Shown: positions 1-14,319, counted from the stretch's first letter. The stretch is 64,000 bases of DNA from Mobula hypostoma (GCF_963921235.1 NC_086097.1:102302001-102366000); one strand, 5' to 3'. Numbers and translations are program-made. The notes: generated from the sequence alone by a model not told the origin.

Positions 1-700
1 GACATTGGAGGTGACATTTTCTCATGGATTGAGGATCAGATAAAGAGAAAATGAGAATTGGTGTAGATGGGTGGCAGCTGTTATTAATTGGCAATCATAT
101 GGACAAGTGCTCAAGCCTCAACTATTTACAATCTATATTAAAGACTTGGGTGAAAGAACGGATTATGTGGGAGCCAGGTCTACTTGTGTTTCAATGCAAG
201 CTGGAAAGTAAGTTGGAGGAAGATAGTTTGTAAGCAAGAATGATGGATTTTCCCAGAGGGCAAAACATTTGAAAAATGAAGAACAAAACAGGGAAATGTA
301 TAGCAAGTAGCATAAACAAGCAAGTTAACATTCAAATGGGAAAAAACGTAGTGTATTTTTACAGAGGGATTTGACTCTCGCTTAGCTGAAAAACAAAATT
401 TGTAAGCAGATATAGGGATCAATTGAATAATAGAAAGAGGTTGGAATGTGAAAGTAAGGAAGCATTGCTATAATAGTTTGAATGCTTTTTGTGGTGAGTA
501 GATTGCACTCATTGTGGTGAATACTGATTGGAGTTTGGTAAGAAATAGGGGTGGTTTTATTAAAGCATGTGTGATTCTAATGGCTGTTTGATTGGAGAGA
601 TAATGAAAGGATGTTTGTCGGAGCATCTATAACCAGAGGATGGCTTCAGAACTAGAGGTTGTCATTTCAGGTAGTGATGGGGAAGTTCCAGATTGATTGC
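1..700 (+). mobile_element. Highly decayed CR1 LINE ORF2 remnant
   Basis: Degenerate, colinear matches to CR1 RT motifs seen intact elsewhere in the window (WIEDWL, SVLGPQLFTIYI-like and later segments). Confidence 0.5.
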
Positions 701-1091
701 TCTGGTCTTGGGGAGGGCAATTTTATCAGTAAGGTACTGTTTCCTGAAGCTATAGTTTTGCAGTAGTACATTGTATAATGTTTCACCTCAATTTCAGTGA
801 AGTGAAGAGGATTCTCATTGTTTTTATTTCCAGTCCAATATTATATTCCTTCAATAAAACAAGAGTTTGCATTTTATCACTTCATAATCTTGGGGCATTC
901 CATTCTGAAGAGTATAAAATCTTTCGCAGACTGTGCTGCAAGATTCACACAGCAATGTGACAATGTTCTATAAACTGGGGAATGTAAATATTCAACCTGC
1001 ATTAGACCACATTCAGCTGTTTCACAGGTGAAGATTACTTCCGTCATTATTGTTCTATTTCATGAGATTTTTTTTCTTTGTTTTCTTGTAG

Positions 1092-1334
<243 letters not shown>

Positions 1335-1565
1335 TAACTTTCATTTCCCCACTGTTGCTTGACCTGCTGAGTGTACCGTTTGTTTTCAGTGATTTAGGTA
1401 CTCAGCACCTACATTTTCTTTTAAGTTTCACCCTCCTGCTGATTGCTTTGTCACCTTTAATTGATCATCCTGTACCTTTTAGATTTACCATCAACAGCAA
1501 CAGCGCCTTTATTTCCTGTGGAGCATGAAGAAAGCTCACCTCTGTCCCAGGATGCTGACAGACTT

Positions 1566-1747
1566 TTACCGCTGTACCATGGACCATAGGGTCATTAGGA
1601 TTTTCCTGGCAAGGTATGGAAGTAGATTTCCAGGCTTTTCTTCCGCGCAGTTACTGCTGCTGCCCAGGTTGGGACCCGGCTGGGTTTGAACTTGGGACCA
1701 TCTGCCTCGAGGTCCAGTGCTGATACTACTACACCACCAGCCGGCCC
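1566..1747 (-). mobile_element. tRNA-derived SINE with RTE-like 3' part
   Basis: Minus strand GGGCCGGCTGGTGGTGTAGTAG (A box) ... GTTCAAACC (B box), then CTACTTCCATACCTTGCCAGGAAAATCC, resembling the RTE-derived segment of Bov-tA/Sauria-type SINEs. Confidence 0.7.
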
Positions 1748-1899
1748 AATGATTGAAATGCATTTCTCAATTCTCTATCTGCCTTGATTCATAATCCTTG
1801 ATACTCAACACATTTTTTATCTTAATTATGAAATTTTGAGTTGATCAGTTTTAATGAGATATTCTTTTCTAAGCTTCTTGAGATCTCTGTTCCTGTAAG

Positions 1900-2340
1900 T
1901 CATTTTCTCTGTCCGACACAGCTCTCCGCCCGAAGCCAGCTGGAAAGGAGGAGGGTTGAGCATGGAGCTAGCAGCCCCATCCCATAAATACCCAGAACTA
2001 TAGCAAAGCCAACAGAAGCTCCAAAGACCTCACCTCTGGAGGGGAAGGATCTTTGCCTACAAGACATGAAGTTGCATGGTGAAAATTGTAAGTCTGTGGA
2101 AGCCACAGGGCTGATCAATCTTCTATCATCCAGCACCACTACCATCATTGGGAAAATCCTCAGGGAAAGTGGAAAAGAGACCAGCCAAAGAACACCTGGC
2201 GACACAACCTCGAAGCTGACACCAAGGAGATGGGCTGCACCTGGAGACCACTTGAAAGAGTGGCCCAGGAAAAATTACTGTGGCGAGTTACTCTCGGTGG
2301 CCTATGCCCCAGTAGGGCTGATGGCCTTAACTAACTAATT
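1900..2340 (+). mobile_element. Internally deleted (bipartite) RTE-clade LINE derivative
   Basis: RTE-like 5'UTR (GAGGGTTGAGCATGGAGCTAGCAGCCCCATCCC) and ORF start joined near 2150 to an RTE C-terminus NPQGKWKRDQPKNTWRHNLEAD...LERVAQ...WRVTLGGLCP; (CTAA)n tail. Confidence 0.7.
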
Positions 2341-2589
2341 AATGCAATCACAGAAGCTTATACACATCATCTAGGGTGATGCCCTCGCTGGGTTAATTTG
2401 AAGTTCTGTGACAATCCTGTCAGATGGGAGCATGTACCAAAGGGAAAGCTGTATCTGATAAATGGGAGATATTTCAAAGTGAGATTGAACTCAGAGTCAT
2501 CAAGCATTAAGAGTAAGAAGCAAACAATGGGATTCTATAGGTACACTTAATGTCAGAGAAATGTATACAACTTGCATCCTGGATTTGAA

Positions 2590-2960
2590 TGTCATGTTTA
2601 GATGATTAGTCACCCTCTCGTTGGGGATGGTTATTTTCTGGCGCTTTGTACTGCACTACGGTTGCTTGCCACTTAGCGATCCATGCCTGCATATTTTGTG
2701 GTTCTCGCTGTATGCGGACATGAATTGCCTCATTTACTGAGGGGCTGTAGATGAAATAAAACATTGTACCATTGTTTGTGAACTCCCTCCTGATGGGTGG
2801 AAGGTTACGGAAGCAACTGAAGGGTGCTGAGCTTGGGGTATTTCCTTGAGGGACTCCCATGGTGATGTCCTGAGACGGGGATGATTGATGTCTGACAAAT
2901 AATAACAATATGGCTTCATGTAGGATGTGATTCCAACACCAATCTGATTTCCCCTTGATT
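2590..2960 (-). mobile_element. Old CR1/L2-group RT fragment
   Basis: ORF 2606-2908 contains QDITMGVPQG...FSCF...NEAIHVRIQ...QAWIAKWQ, a decayed GVPQGS-to-WQ RT segment. Confidence 0.7.
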
Positions 2961-3289
2961 TACGTTTGAATTTCAGTTTCATCTTGGTTCCTTGAGCTGT
3001 GAGCATGCTCTGTTGGCAAAGGAATTGTGGCAACACTTGTGGGTTTCCCAGCACAATCCTCACTGATTTGATTTGAAACAAGTGACATATTTCATTGTTT
3101 GTTTTGACATACATGTGACATATAAAGGTAATTTTAGATCTTTAATCTCCAGTCTGTTTGAAAATCTGCAAAGGTAAGGAGAGTTTTAAAAAAAAAATGA
3201 AATTAAGATAATTAAAAAATATTCCTGCTACCTGTTCCTAAATCCCGAAGTGGGACAGTTGGGGGACAGATGGGGAAGCCTCTCGTATA

Positions 3290-4745
3290 CCTCTACTCAA
3301 AGTCACAGTTGTGGATGTAAGGTCTGCCTTCCAGAGAGTAAACCCATGGAACATATCTGAATCAGATGATGTCCATGGTGTGTCCTTCAATCCTGCACAG
3401 AGTAGCTGGCATTCTTGACCTCTCCCTCCTTCAATCTAAGGTTCCCATCAACTTTAAGAACACCACAATCATCCCAGAATTTAAGAAAAACAAGGTAATG
3501 TGCCTTAACGACTACCGCTGGCTGCCTTGACATCCATATTCATGAAGTTCTCACATTCGCCATCATGAAGCTGGTCGTGGCATACATTAACTCTAGTCTC
3601 CCTCACAATCTTCACCTGCTGCTGAAACAGATCTAAGAAAGATGCCATCTTCCTGGCCCTACAGTTGTCACTGGAATATCTGAATAGTAAAATCACCTAC
3701 TGCATGTTAGATTTCTTTTTTATTAACTATAGCTAGGCCTTCAATACTATAATTTCAAACAAATTAATCTCCAAACTGCTCTACCTGGGTCTCAATACCT
3801 TCCTCTGCAACAGGATCCTTGACTTAGTGACTAATAGTCAACAATCAGATGTAGAGTCTAACTATATGGTGTCATGTCAAAACCTTTCCCACAATGTCAG
3901 CGGAAAAAGGGCTGGTCATTGACTTCAAGGAGGGAGGAAGTGCCCGAGCTCGTGTTTACATCAGTGCTGAAGTCGAGAGTGTTGGAGCTTGAAGCTTCTA
4001 GGAATGAACATCACCAATAGCCTTTCCTGGTCTAACCATGTTGATGCTATGGCCAAGAAAGCTCACCAGCACCTCTACTTCCTCAAGAGGCTAAAGAAAT
4101 TTGTTATGTCCCTGTTGACCCTCACCAGTGTTTATTGATGCACCATAAAAATGGTCCTAACCAGATGCATTGCGGCGTGGTACAGCAGCTGCTCTGCCTG
4201 TCATCACAAGAAACTGCAGATCAGTGGACACAGCTCAGCTCCTCATGGAAACCAGCCTGTCCTCCATGGACTTTGTCTACACTTCTCACTAGGTAAAGCA
4301 ACAAACAGAAAGGTGAAGATGGATCTAGTGCTTTCCCAGTGTATATGACAAATAAACTCTTCTTGGGCTTCCAGCTGGGTACAGGTATCAATTATAACCG
4401 ACATTTCGATGACAAGCACTGCCATCTTCTTCAGGGAGCATCAGGGATGCGAAAGATTAAACATAAAGACCTCACCGATCCCAGACGTTGTCTTTGCTCC
4501 TATCGAGCAGAAGATATAAAAGCCTGAAAGGGCATATATCAGACTCAAGGACAGCTTCTACCTTGGCTGTTGCAAGACTGTTTAACAGATCTCTAGAATG
4601 TCAGATGGACTTTTGACGTCAAGGTGACCTTGCACCTTCTACCTGCACTGCATTTTCTCTGCAACTGTAGCACATTATTCTGCACTGTTATTGTTTTACC
4701 TGATACTACCATTACACAAGACACAACCTTGGCACATGACAATAA
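3290..4745 (+). mobile_element. Decayed Rex1/Babar-like LINE
   Basis: Colinear remnants of FKxTTIIP.K, LNDYRPxALTS, AFNTI, KKAHQHLYFLKRL and CIAAWY, then the shared 3'UTR. Confidence 0.75.
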
Positions 4746-6109
4746 TAACTCAATTTAGCAATTTAATTTAATTTAGCAGTTATCTTGCTTCACTGGGTAA
4801 TGAGAGAGGGCTTTGATTATTTTCTGCTTGGCAGTTTGGTGCTGCTGTTGTTGGGAACTTCCTGACTTGGTAACTTGAAGTGTGTTGCTAGGCAGAGATT
4901 ATTTTCCTGTTCTGCTGCAGAGTCTGTAGGAGCACAGTTTACACTGTATATCCAGGAAGGAGTTTGGAGCAAGTTCCCAGTCTTTGAACAGGAACTCCAT
5001 CACTTTCCATAGTATACTCCCTATCCTGTGTTTGTTGGATCTGAACTTTTCCAGATCTCTTGGAGTAAAAGACCTGACTCTTTGAAGATTGGCTCCAGCA
5101 ACATTTCTCACTGCTACTATCAGGCAGGAGGTACAGAAGCCTAAAAGTCCCATTCCACCAGGCTCAGAAACAGCTACTTTCCTCCAGCTATCAGGTTCTC
5201 GAACCACCCTGCACAGCCCCAGCAATGGAATAAGATTGTGTGCTAGTGGAATTGTATAATTTATGCACAATTTATATTCTGTGTTGTCTACACCTACATG
5301 CCTGTGATACTGCTACAAGCAAGTTTTTTTTATTGTACCTGGACTTCACTGTATTCGTGTATTTAACAAACCTGATTTGACATTTGTCGGTCTCTAATGT
5401 TTTTGATCTTTTGTAAACTTGCTGGATTAAGTTCAGAAAACAAATCCATTACTTGGGGGTGGAGGAGTTGGGAAAGATGTGCAGCGGGAATGAAAATGTG
5501 AAAATTCAGATTTTTCATTACCATTATTTGGAATTTTAGTCTTTTTTGTGGCCAGTGTGTAGAGTGGCAAAAAAAAAAATCAAAACTAAATGAGAGTTGA
5601 AGCATATTTGGATGTTGGTGTGGGTAATTAATAGGAGTCAAATTATTATTGTTTTAATAGCATTTAATCCAATGGGCAGTTTAAAAATAGGTTGTGTTGC
5701 ATTTGGATTAAAAACTAGAGTGATTGTGCCCCGTGGTTAAAAGTTTAAAATTTATTTTGAGTAATTTGTGAAGTTAAATTCATAGGTTAGTTGCAATCTG
5801 AACTGAAATTAGAATGTTAGTTAACTCGTTTCTTTAAATTGTGACTAAAAATATTAATATTATGTTTATGTATGGATAAAATAAAACTTGATGGCTCTTA
5901 GAAGTCATTAGGATTACTTAATAATACTTGTACATACAAATAGTAATTATTATTTGCTCAAAATGATACAGATGGGGTCCTTTATAATGTAATTTTGTGT
6001 TTAACACAGATTCTATGATTACATCCCATTTAAGAATGAGGTAGTGTCATGGAGTGTTTGGCTTTTCTCTCACATTTTAAGGCAACAGGGTAGTTACTGA
6101 ATTGCCTGA

Positions 6110-6391
<282 letters not shown>

Positions 6392-6888
6392 TAATATCTT
6401 TACAATATCAGTAGTTACCCCATAGAAAAATAATCAAATATCACTTCCTAACCCCACCTATGTCAAACAAAACCGACCCCTTGCCAAGCAACGGCAGGGG
6501 GATATGTATGTTTGCTCCCTATTAATACTGCTGCCCAACTATATGTCTGTTTTTGTGGGGGGAAAATCCATGCCAAAAGCCTCAATAAAAGATGAGCAGA
6601 AACCATTAAAATGCTTCTGATTCATCTGGACTCGTTTCCTCTTTAGTTTTGCAATATGTAATGACCTCTATTGAAATGGGCTTTCAAATGAAGAACAGAA
6701 AAGCTTTCAGAAATTAGCTCAATCTCTGGCCTTTAATTTACTAGAGGTAACCTGGTATAATATTCATACTGGTGCTCCAAGAGGACGAGACAAAGCTTCC
6801 TTCCCTCTATGTTCTTGGCAGGTGATTTTGCCTGAAACAGCTTGTGACTGGTTGGATCTGGTACTGAACAAGATCTCAATGATAAAAC

Positions 6889-8822
6889 ACTTAAGACCAC
6901 AAGATAGGAGCAGAATTAGGCCATTTGACCCATTGAGTCTGCTCCATCATTTCATTATGGCTGATCTAATTTTCCTCTCAGCCCCAATCTCCTGCCTTCC
7001 TGTATCCCTTCATGTCCTGACCATTTAGGAATCTATCAGCCTCTGCCTTAAATATAAAGACTTGGCCTCCACAACCGCCTGTGGCAAAGTATTCCACAGA
7101 CTCACCACTCTCTGGCTGAAGAAATTCCTCCTCATCTCCATTCTAAAAGGACGCTCCTCTATTCTGAGGCTGTATCCTCTGGTCTTAGACTCTCTCACCA
7201 TAGGAAACATCCTCTCCACATCCACTCTGTCAAGCCCTTTCACTGTTCGATAGGTTTCAATGAGGTCACCCCTCATTCTGCTGAATTCTAGTGAATACAG
7301 TCCCAGAGCCATCAAACACTGTTCATGTGGGAAGCCTGGAATCATTTTCATGAGCCTCTTTTGACCCTGTTCAGTTTCAGCACATTCTTTCTAAGATAAG
7401 GGGCCCAAAACTGCTCACAATACTCCAAGTGAGGCCTCACCAGTGCTTTATAAAGTCTCAACATTACATCCTTGCTTTTATATTCTAGTCCTCTTGAAAT
7501 GAATGCTAACATTGCATTTGCCTTCCTCACCACAGACTCAACCTGCAAATTAACCTTTAGGGAATCCAGCACAAGTACCTTTTTATTTTCTCTCCATTTA
7601 GAAAATGGTCACCGGTTCATTTCTTCTACCAAAGTGCAGTGCTATACACTTCCTGACACTGTATTCCATCTGCATTTCTTTGCCCATTCTTCTAATTCAA
7701 GTCCTTTTGTAGCCTCTATTTCCTCAAAACTACCTGCCCCTCTACCCGTCATCATATTGTCTGAAAACTTTGCAATAAAGCTATCAATTTCATCATTCAA
7801 ATCATTGTCATAAAACATAAAAAGGATCAGTCCCAGTACAGACCCCTGTGGAACACCACTAGTCACCAGCAGCCAACTAGAAAAAGCTACCTTTATTCCC
7901 ACTCTTTGTCTCCTGCTAGTCAGTCACTGCTTTGTCCATGCTAGAATCTTTCCTGTAATGCCCCAGTCCGGTAGCTCGTTAAGCATCCTCTTGTCTGGTA
8001 CTTTGTCAAAGACCTTCTGAAAATCCAAGTACACAACATCAACTGATTCTCCTTTGTCTAACCTGCTTGTTACTACTTCAAGGAATTCCAACAGATTTGT
8101 CAGGCAAGATTTTTTCCTTGAGGAAAGCATGTTGACTGTGGCCTATTTTTTATCATGTGCCTCCAAGTATCCTGAGATCTTATCCTTAATAGTCAACTCC
8201 AACATCTTCCCAACTACTGAGGTCAGACTAACTGGCCTATAGTTTCCATTCTTCTGCCTCTCTCCCTTCATGAACGGTGGAGTGACATTTGCAATTTTCC
8301 TGTCTTTGGGAACCATTCCAAAATCTAGTTATTCTTAAAAGATCATTATTAATGCCTCCACAGTCTTTTCAGCGACCTCTTTCAGAACTCTGGGGTGTAC
8401 ACCATCTGGTCCAGGTGACGTATTTACCTTCAGACCTTTCAGTTTCCCAAGAACCTTCTCTCTAGTTACATTAACTTCATACACTTAATGACCCCGACAC
8501 CTGGAATGTCACAGTGAAGGTTGATGCAAAATACTTATTCAGTTAATCTGCCATTTCCTTGTCCCCATTACTACCACTCCAGCATTGTTTTCCATCAGTC
8601 CAATATTCATTCTCACCTCTCTTTTACACTTTATGTAACTTTTGGTATCCTCTTTAATGTCATTGGTTAGCTTACTTTCATATTCCATCTTTACCTTAAT
8701 GACTTTTTAGTTGTTTTGTGTTGGTTTTTAAAAGCTTCCCAATCCTCAAACTTCCCTCTATTTTTTACTCTATTATATGCCCTCTCTTTGGTTTTTATGT
8801 TGGCTTTGACTTCTCTTGTTCA
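6889..8822 (-). mobile_element. CR1 LINE, 5'-truncated, decayed with internal deletions
   Basis: Fragments SCLTNLLEF, VDVVYLDFQK, GVPQGSVLG, LVRPHLEYCEQFW, RGDLIETY; CR1 3' end near 6889. Confidence 0.9.
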
Positions 8823-9080
8823 AGTAGTAAAATGACACGATAAACATCAGTGGCCCAAAACAAAAAAAAAACAAAGATGCTGATTTGAGGTTTTTAAGGG
8901 CATTGACCAAATGGTTGTTCAGAGTGCAGAGTAATAATATCTTGGATATAAGAATGATATCATGGTTGAGAAAGGGAATTCCAAGGTTGAAGGTCTATTT
9001 TTTGACCCATGCCCTTTAACCAAAAATCAAGCACAGTCTTAAATTTAACTTCCAGCCTGAGGAGAAGAGCTGGAAATTTT

Positions 9081-10533
9081 GAAACATAGAAACATAGAAA
9101 ATAGGTGCAGGAGTAGGCCATTCGGCCCTTCGAGCCTGCATCACCATTCAGTACGATCATGGCTGATCATCCAACTCAGAACCCGGTACCAGCCTTCCCT
9201 CCATACCCCCGATCCCTTTAGCCACAAGGGCCATATCTAACTCCCTCTTAAATATAGCCAATGAACTGGTCTCAACTGTTTCCTGTGGCAGAGAATTCCA
9301 CAGATTCACCACTCTCTGTGTGAAGAAGTTTTTCCTAATCTCGGTCCTAAAAGGCTTCCCCTTTATCCTCAAACTGTGACCCCTCATTCTGGACTTCCCC
9401 AACATCGGGAACAATCTTCCTGCATCTAGCCTGTCCAATCCCTTTAGGATTTTATACGTTTCAATCAGATCCCCCCTCAATCTTCTAAATTCCAATGAGT
9501 ATAAGCCTAGTCGATCCAGTCTTTCATCATATGGAAGTCCTGCCATCCCAGGAATCAATTTGGTGAACCTTCTTTGTATTCCCTCTATGGCAAGGATGTC
9601 TTTCCTCAGATTAGGGGACCAAAACTGCACACAATACTCCAGGTGTGGTCTCACCAAGGTCTCGTACAACTGCAGTAGTACCTCCCTGCTCCTGTACTCA
9701 AATCCTCTTGCTATGAATGCCAGCATACCATTCGCCTTTTTCACCGCCTGCTGTACCTGCATACCCACTTTCAATGACTGGTGTATAATGACACCCAGGT
9801 CTCGTTGCACCTCCCCTTTTCCTAATTGGCCACCATTCAGATAATAATCTGTTTTTCTGTTTTTGCCACCAGAGTGGATAACCTCACATTTATCCACATT
9901 AAATTGCATCTGCCATGAATTTGCCCACTCACCTAACCTATCCAAGTCACCCTGCATCCTCTTAGCATCCCCCTCACAACTAACACTGCCGTCCAGCTTC
10001 GTGTCATCTGCAAACTTGGAGATGTTGCATTTAATTCCCTCATCTAAGTCATTAATATATATTGTAAACAACTGGGGTCCCAGCACTGAGCCTTGCGGTA
10101 CCCCACTAGTCACTGCCTGCCATTCTGAAAAGGTCCCGTTTATTCCCACTCTTTGCTTCCTGTCTGCCAACCAATTCTCTATCCACATCAATACCTTACC
10201 CCCAATACCATGTGCTTTAAGTTTGCACACTAATCTCCTGTGTGGGACCTTGTCAAAAGCCTTTTGAAAATCCAAATATACCACATCCACTGGTTCTCCC
10301 CTATCCACTCTACCAGTTACATCCTCAAAAAATTCTATGAGATTCGTCAGACATGATTTTCCTTTCACAAATCCATGCTGACTTTGTCCAATGATTTCAC
10401 CACTTTCCAAATGTGCTGTTATCACATCTTTGATAACTGACTCTAGCATTTTCCCCACCACCGATGTTAGGCTAACCGGTCTATAATTCCCCGGTTTCTC
10501 TCTCCCTCCTTTTTTAAAAACTGGGGTTACATT
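9081..10533 (-). mobile_element. Young 5'-truncated CR1 LINE with an intact 434-aa RT C-terminal ORF
   Basis: ORF 9157-10461 has YLDFQKAFD, GVPQGSVLGP, KFADDTKL, RPHLEYCVQFW. (GAAACATA)n on + is the CR1 (TTCTATGT)n tail. Confidence 0.95.
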
Positions 10534-10689
10534 AGGCGACTATCCTTTTATGTAGGGGAGTAAGATGTTTTCCCATGTTATCAACTGGGACAATTCTAAT
10601 ATTGCCTGGTTTTTCACTGGACACTCAATCTCAGGATAATATATGGTGACGTATCTGTATTTTGATAAGAAATTTGCTTTGAACTTTTA

Positions 10690-11660
10690 CTAGACACTAG
10701 AATACTACAGCACAGTACAGGCCCTTTGGCCCTCGATGTTGTGCCGACCCATATATTCCTAAAAAAAAAAGGTACTAAACCCACACTATCCCGTAACCCT
10801 CTATTTTTCTTTCATCCATGTGCCTATCCAAGAGGCCCCTAATGCGTTAGTCTCCACCACCATCCCTGGCAAGTCATTCCAGGCACCCACAACCCTCTGT
10901 GTTTTTTAAAAAAAGAAAACTAACAAACTTACCCCTGATGTCTCCACTAAATTTCCCTCCCTTAACTTCGTACATATGCCCTCTGGTGTTTGCTATTCAT
11001 GCCCTGGGAAACAGGTACTGGCTATCCACCCTATCTATGCCTCTCATAATCCTGTTGCCCTCTATCAAGTCCCCTCTCATCCTTCTACGCTACAAAGAGA
11101 AAAGTCCCAGCTCTGCTAACCTTGCCTCATAAGACTTGTTTTCCAATCCAGGCAACATCCTGGTAAATCTCCTCTGCACCCTCTCCATAGCTTCCACATC
11201 CTTCCTATAATGAGGTGATCAGAACTGAACACGATATTCTAAGTGTGGTCTGACCAGAGATTTGTGGAGTTGCAACATGACCTTTCTACTCTTGAACTCA
11301 ATCCCCCTATTAGTGAAGCCTAGCACCCCATAGGCTGCCTTAACTTTTGCAGCAACCTTGAGGGATGTATGGATTTGAACCCCAAGGTTCCTCTGTTCAT
11401 CCACACTCTTAAATAACCGACCATTAACCCTGTACTCAGCCTTCTGGTTTGTCTTTCCAAAATGCATCACTTCACATTTAGCCGGATTGAACTCCATCTA
11501 CCACTTTTCTGCCCAACTCTGCATCCTGTCTATATCCTCTTGTAACCTTTGACAACCTACAGCTCCATCCACAACTTCTCCAATCTTCGTGTCATCCGCA
11601 GACTTACTTACCCATCCTTCTGCCTCTTTATCCAGGTCATTTATAAAAATCACAAAGAGC
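10690..11660 (-). mobile_element. CR1 LINE 3' fragment (different subfamily)
   Basis: ORF 11219-11497 MEFNPAKCEVMHFG...LVRPHLEY; the fragment ends ~55 nt before the PTGR2 acceptor at 11716. Confidence 0.85.
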
Positions 11661-11679
11661 TAAACTCAAGGCTGTGTAA

Positions 11680-11838
<159 letters not shown>

Positions 11839-12199
11839 TAAACAATTGATTCCTGTTTCTATTTACGGTTAGAGTAAGTATTTGTTTTGTAGCTTCATCT
11901 TTTGGAGAACAGTGAGAAGTTTTGGGTCTGTGCCCTTCATTCAGAGGGAGTATGGATTTAAATGAATTGTTGCACTCGTTCTGTTAAAGGCTGCTGATCA
12001 GTGAGTTCCAGGATTTTGAACCAATCATAAAACAGGAATGATGAGAGCTGTTCAAGACTGGGATGTTGTGTGATTTCCAGCCTCACTATTCTTCCAGATA
12101 GAAGAGATTGTTAGTTTGGAAGTTGCTGCCAAAGAGATGTTGACAAGTTGCAGAAGTGCATTTTTGAGAACAGTGATTCTTTTAATTTAGGTACCCACT

Positions 12200-13265
12200 C
12201 AAGTTCATGTTCATTGTCATAGGCACACATACACATGGAGTAAATGCCATGGACGGTAGATTTTTTTGCATCAGCAACACAGTACATTACAAAAAAGACA
12301 AAATGAGTTAACATATACTTAAATAAACAAATTATACTCAATCTGCAATGCAAATAAACATAATGACATCAGTGCAAGTTGAGAGAGAAAGCAAAAGAAA
12401 TGTAGTGCAAGGTAGTGTTAGGGACTCGGGTCAGTTCAAGAAACCTAATGCAGTGAGGAAGAAGCAGTTGTTGAACATTGACATGTGGGTCCTCCTGCCT
12501 GATGGCAGCCTCAAGAAGGGGGTGTGACTTGGATAGTTGGAGTCCTTGATGATTGATGTCACCTTCCTGAGTCTTTGGTGGGCAGAAACGTATTGGTGAT
12601 GGAACTTGCTGGGTCTATTACTCTCTGTAGCAGCTTGAGTTCTTGTGCATTGGAGTTTCCATACCAGGCGGTGACGGAAAACCAGAACCTCCAGATTTTT
12701 CCAATGTAAGTCTGTAGCCATTTGTCAGAATCTTTGACATGAATTTCCTTGAACCTGTAAGAAACAGACACTGGTGTGCTTTTATGATTACGACAATGTG
12801 CAGTGCCCAGGATGGATGCTCTGACGTTGATACCCAGAAACGTGAAGCTGCTGACCCCACAATAAGGACTTGTTTGTGTTTACCTGTTTTCCCTTTCCTA
12901 AAGTCCACAGTTGGCTCCTTGGTTTTGTTGATGTCGAGCATAAGGCACTGTTCAACCAGCTTACCCATCTCGCTGCTATGCTCCTTCCCACCACCACCTG
13001 GAATTCTGTCAAAAGCAGGCCGTCATCAAATTTGTAGATGGCATTAGAGCTGTGTGTAACCACACAGTTGTAGATGAAGAGCGCAGGGAGCTAAGCTTGA
13101 GGATAACTGGGTTGATGGCTAGTGAGTTTGAGATGAGGACTCTGAAGCACACTGATTGCGGTCTCCCAGTGAGAAAGTCAAGGATCTAATTACAGAGGAG
13201 GTACTGAATTCTAGAAGCTTAATAAGTTTTGAGGAGATGGTGTTGACCACCATGTGGCATTCAGT
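12200..13265 (-). mobile_element. Decayed Rex1/Babar-like LINE
   Basis: Fragments INKTKEPTVDFRK, SNAIYKFDD, TAWYGNSNAQE, LPSGRR. Confidence 0.75.
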
Positions 13266-13274
13266 GGACAACAG

Positions 13275-13655
13275 CTTCACAACACACACAAAATGCTGGA
13301 GTAGGCCTGGCAAAATCTATGGAAAAGAGTGCCATTGACGTTCTGGGCCGAGGCACTTCATTAGGACTGGAGGAAAAATGTTGAGTCAGAGTAAGAAGGT
13401 GGGATGAAGGGAGGGAGAAACACAGGGGAACAGGTGAAACTGGGAGGGGGGAGGGGTGAAGTAAGGAGCTGGGAAGTTGATTGGGTGGAAGAGAAAGGGC
13501 TGGAGAAGAAGAAATCTGATGGGAGATGACAGGAGGCCATGGAAGAAAGAAAAGTGGGAGGAGCACCAGAGGGAGGTGGTGGCCAGGTAAGGAGATAAGG
13601 TGAGAGAGGGAAATAAGTGGGGGGGGGGCGCATTACCAGAAGTTTGAGAAGCATG
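13275..13655 (-). mobile_element. Penelope pseudo-LTR-derived fragment (decayed)
   Basis: Same layout as 16250-16700: ACACACAAAATGCTGG, a decayed hammerhead-like segment, a purine-rich tract, then AGAAGTTTGAGAAG. Confidence 0.65.
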
Positions 13656-13828
13656 TCCTGAAGTGTGTGCTGGTCCAGAACACAGCCAGCGAGATGGTTT
13701 CTGCTGCAGACCTATTGAAGTGATAGCACTCTTTACTAATTGTACTCCATTTAAACTATTCAATGCTGTAATGATTATATCAGGACTATTACTTCTCCAC
13801 CTCCATTTTCCTTATTGATCTTCAACAG

Positions 13829-13916
13829 AGAGAGATTCTTGGTGACAAACTATTCGGATAACTTTGCCACAAGCCTGGTGCAGTTGACCCGGTGGCTGAA
13901 GGAGGGGAAGCTGAAG
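13829..13916 (+). CDS. PTGR2: PTGR2 coding exon
   Basis: ttcaacAG|A GAG AGA TTC...CTG AAG|GTac, 88 nt, completes the phase-2 Arg codon. Encodes ERFLVTNYSDNFATSLVQLTRWLKEGKLK. Confidence 0.93.
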
Positions 13917-14319
13917 GTACTGTACCATGTTCTATTCTTGCTGCTTGTGTATAAAAACTATTTCAAGTAATCATGTCACAAGTCATGGTCACATTGGATG
14001 ATTTTTGTCAATTACATGAAGCATCTGTTCACTGTATTTGCTTGATAAATCAAATTCTGCATTTGCTGCGAGACTATGTTATAGATGCAGGTGAGATTTT
14101 TTTGCTGTGGCTCAGATTTCAAGCTTGGCTGAACAAATAGATTGGTTGTTCTCTGAACTGTCTGCATGAGGACCTTGGCCTCCATGGGCTGTAATGTCTA
14201 TTTCTCTCATTGAGTCTGAAGCATAAGTGTTTAGTATCCTAATCCTGTTGCAGGAACATTAAAAGACCTTATTGTATCCGCCGTCACCACTGTTGCCGGC
14301 AGGTCTTAAATAATGATGA

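Noticed and set aside
1670..1747. tRNA-like sequence with A and B boxes
   Set aside because: It continues into an RTE-like SINE body and the stems are imperfect; a SINE head, not a tRNA gene.
9560..10267. Antisense ORFs over CR1 RT (also 47461-48120, 57734-58729)
   Set aside because: Shadow frames of LINE ORF2 recurring in each copy; no independent coding evidence.
13261..13763. Pro/Ser/Phe-rich overlapping ORFs (also 16067-16677, 19593-20052, 43949-44315)
   Set aside because: Low-complexity purine/pyrimidine tract of the Penelope pLTR is naturally poor in stop codons.
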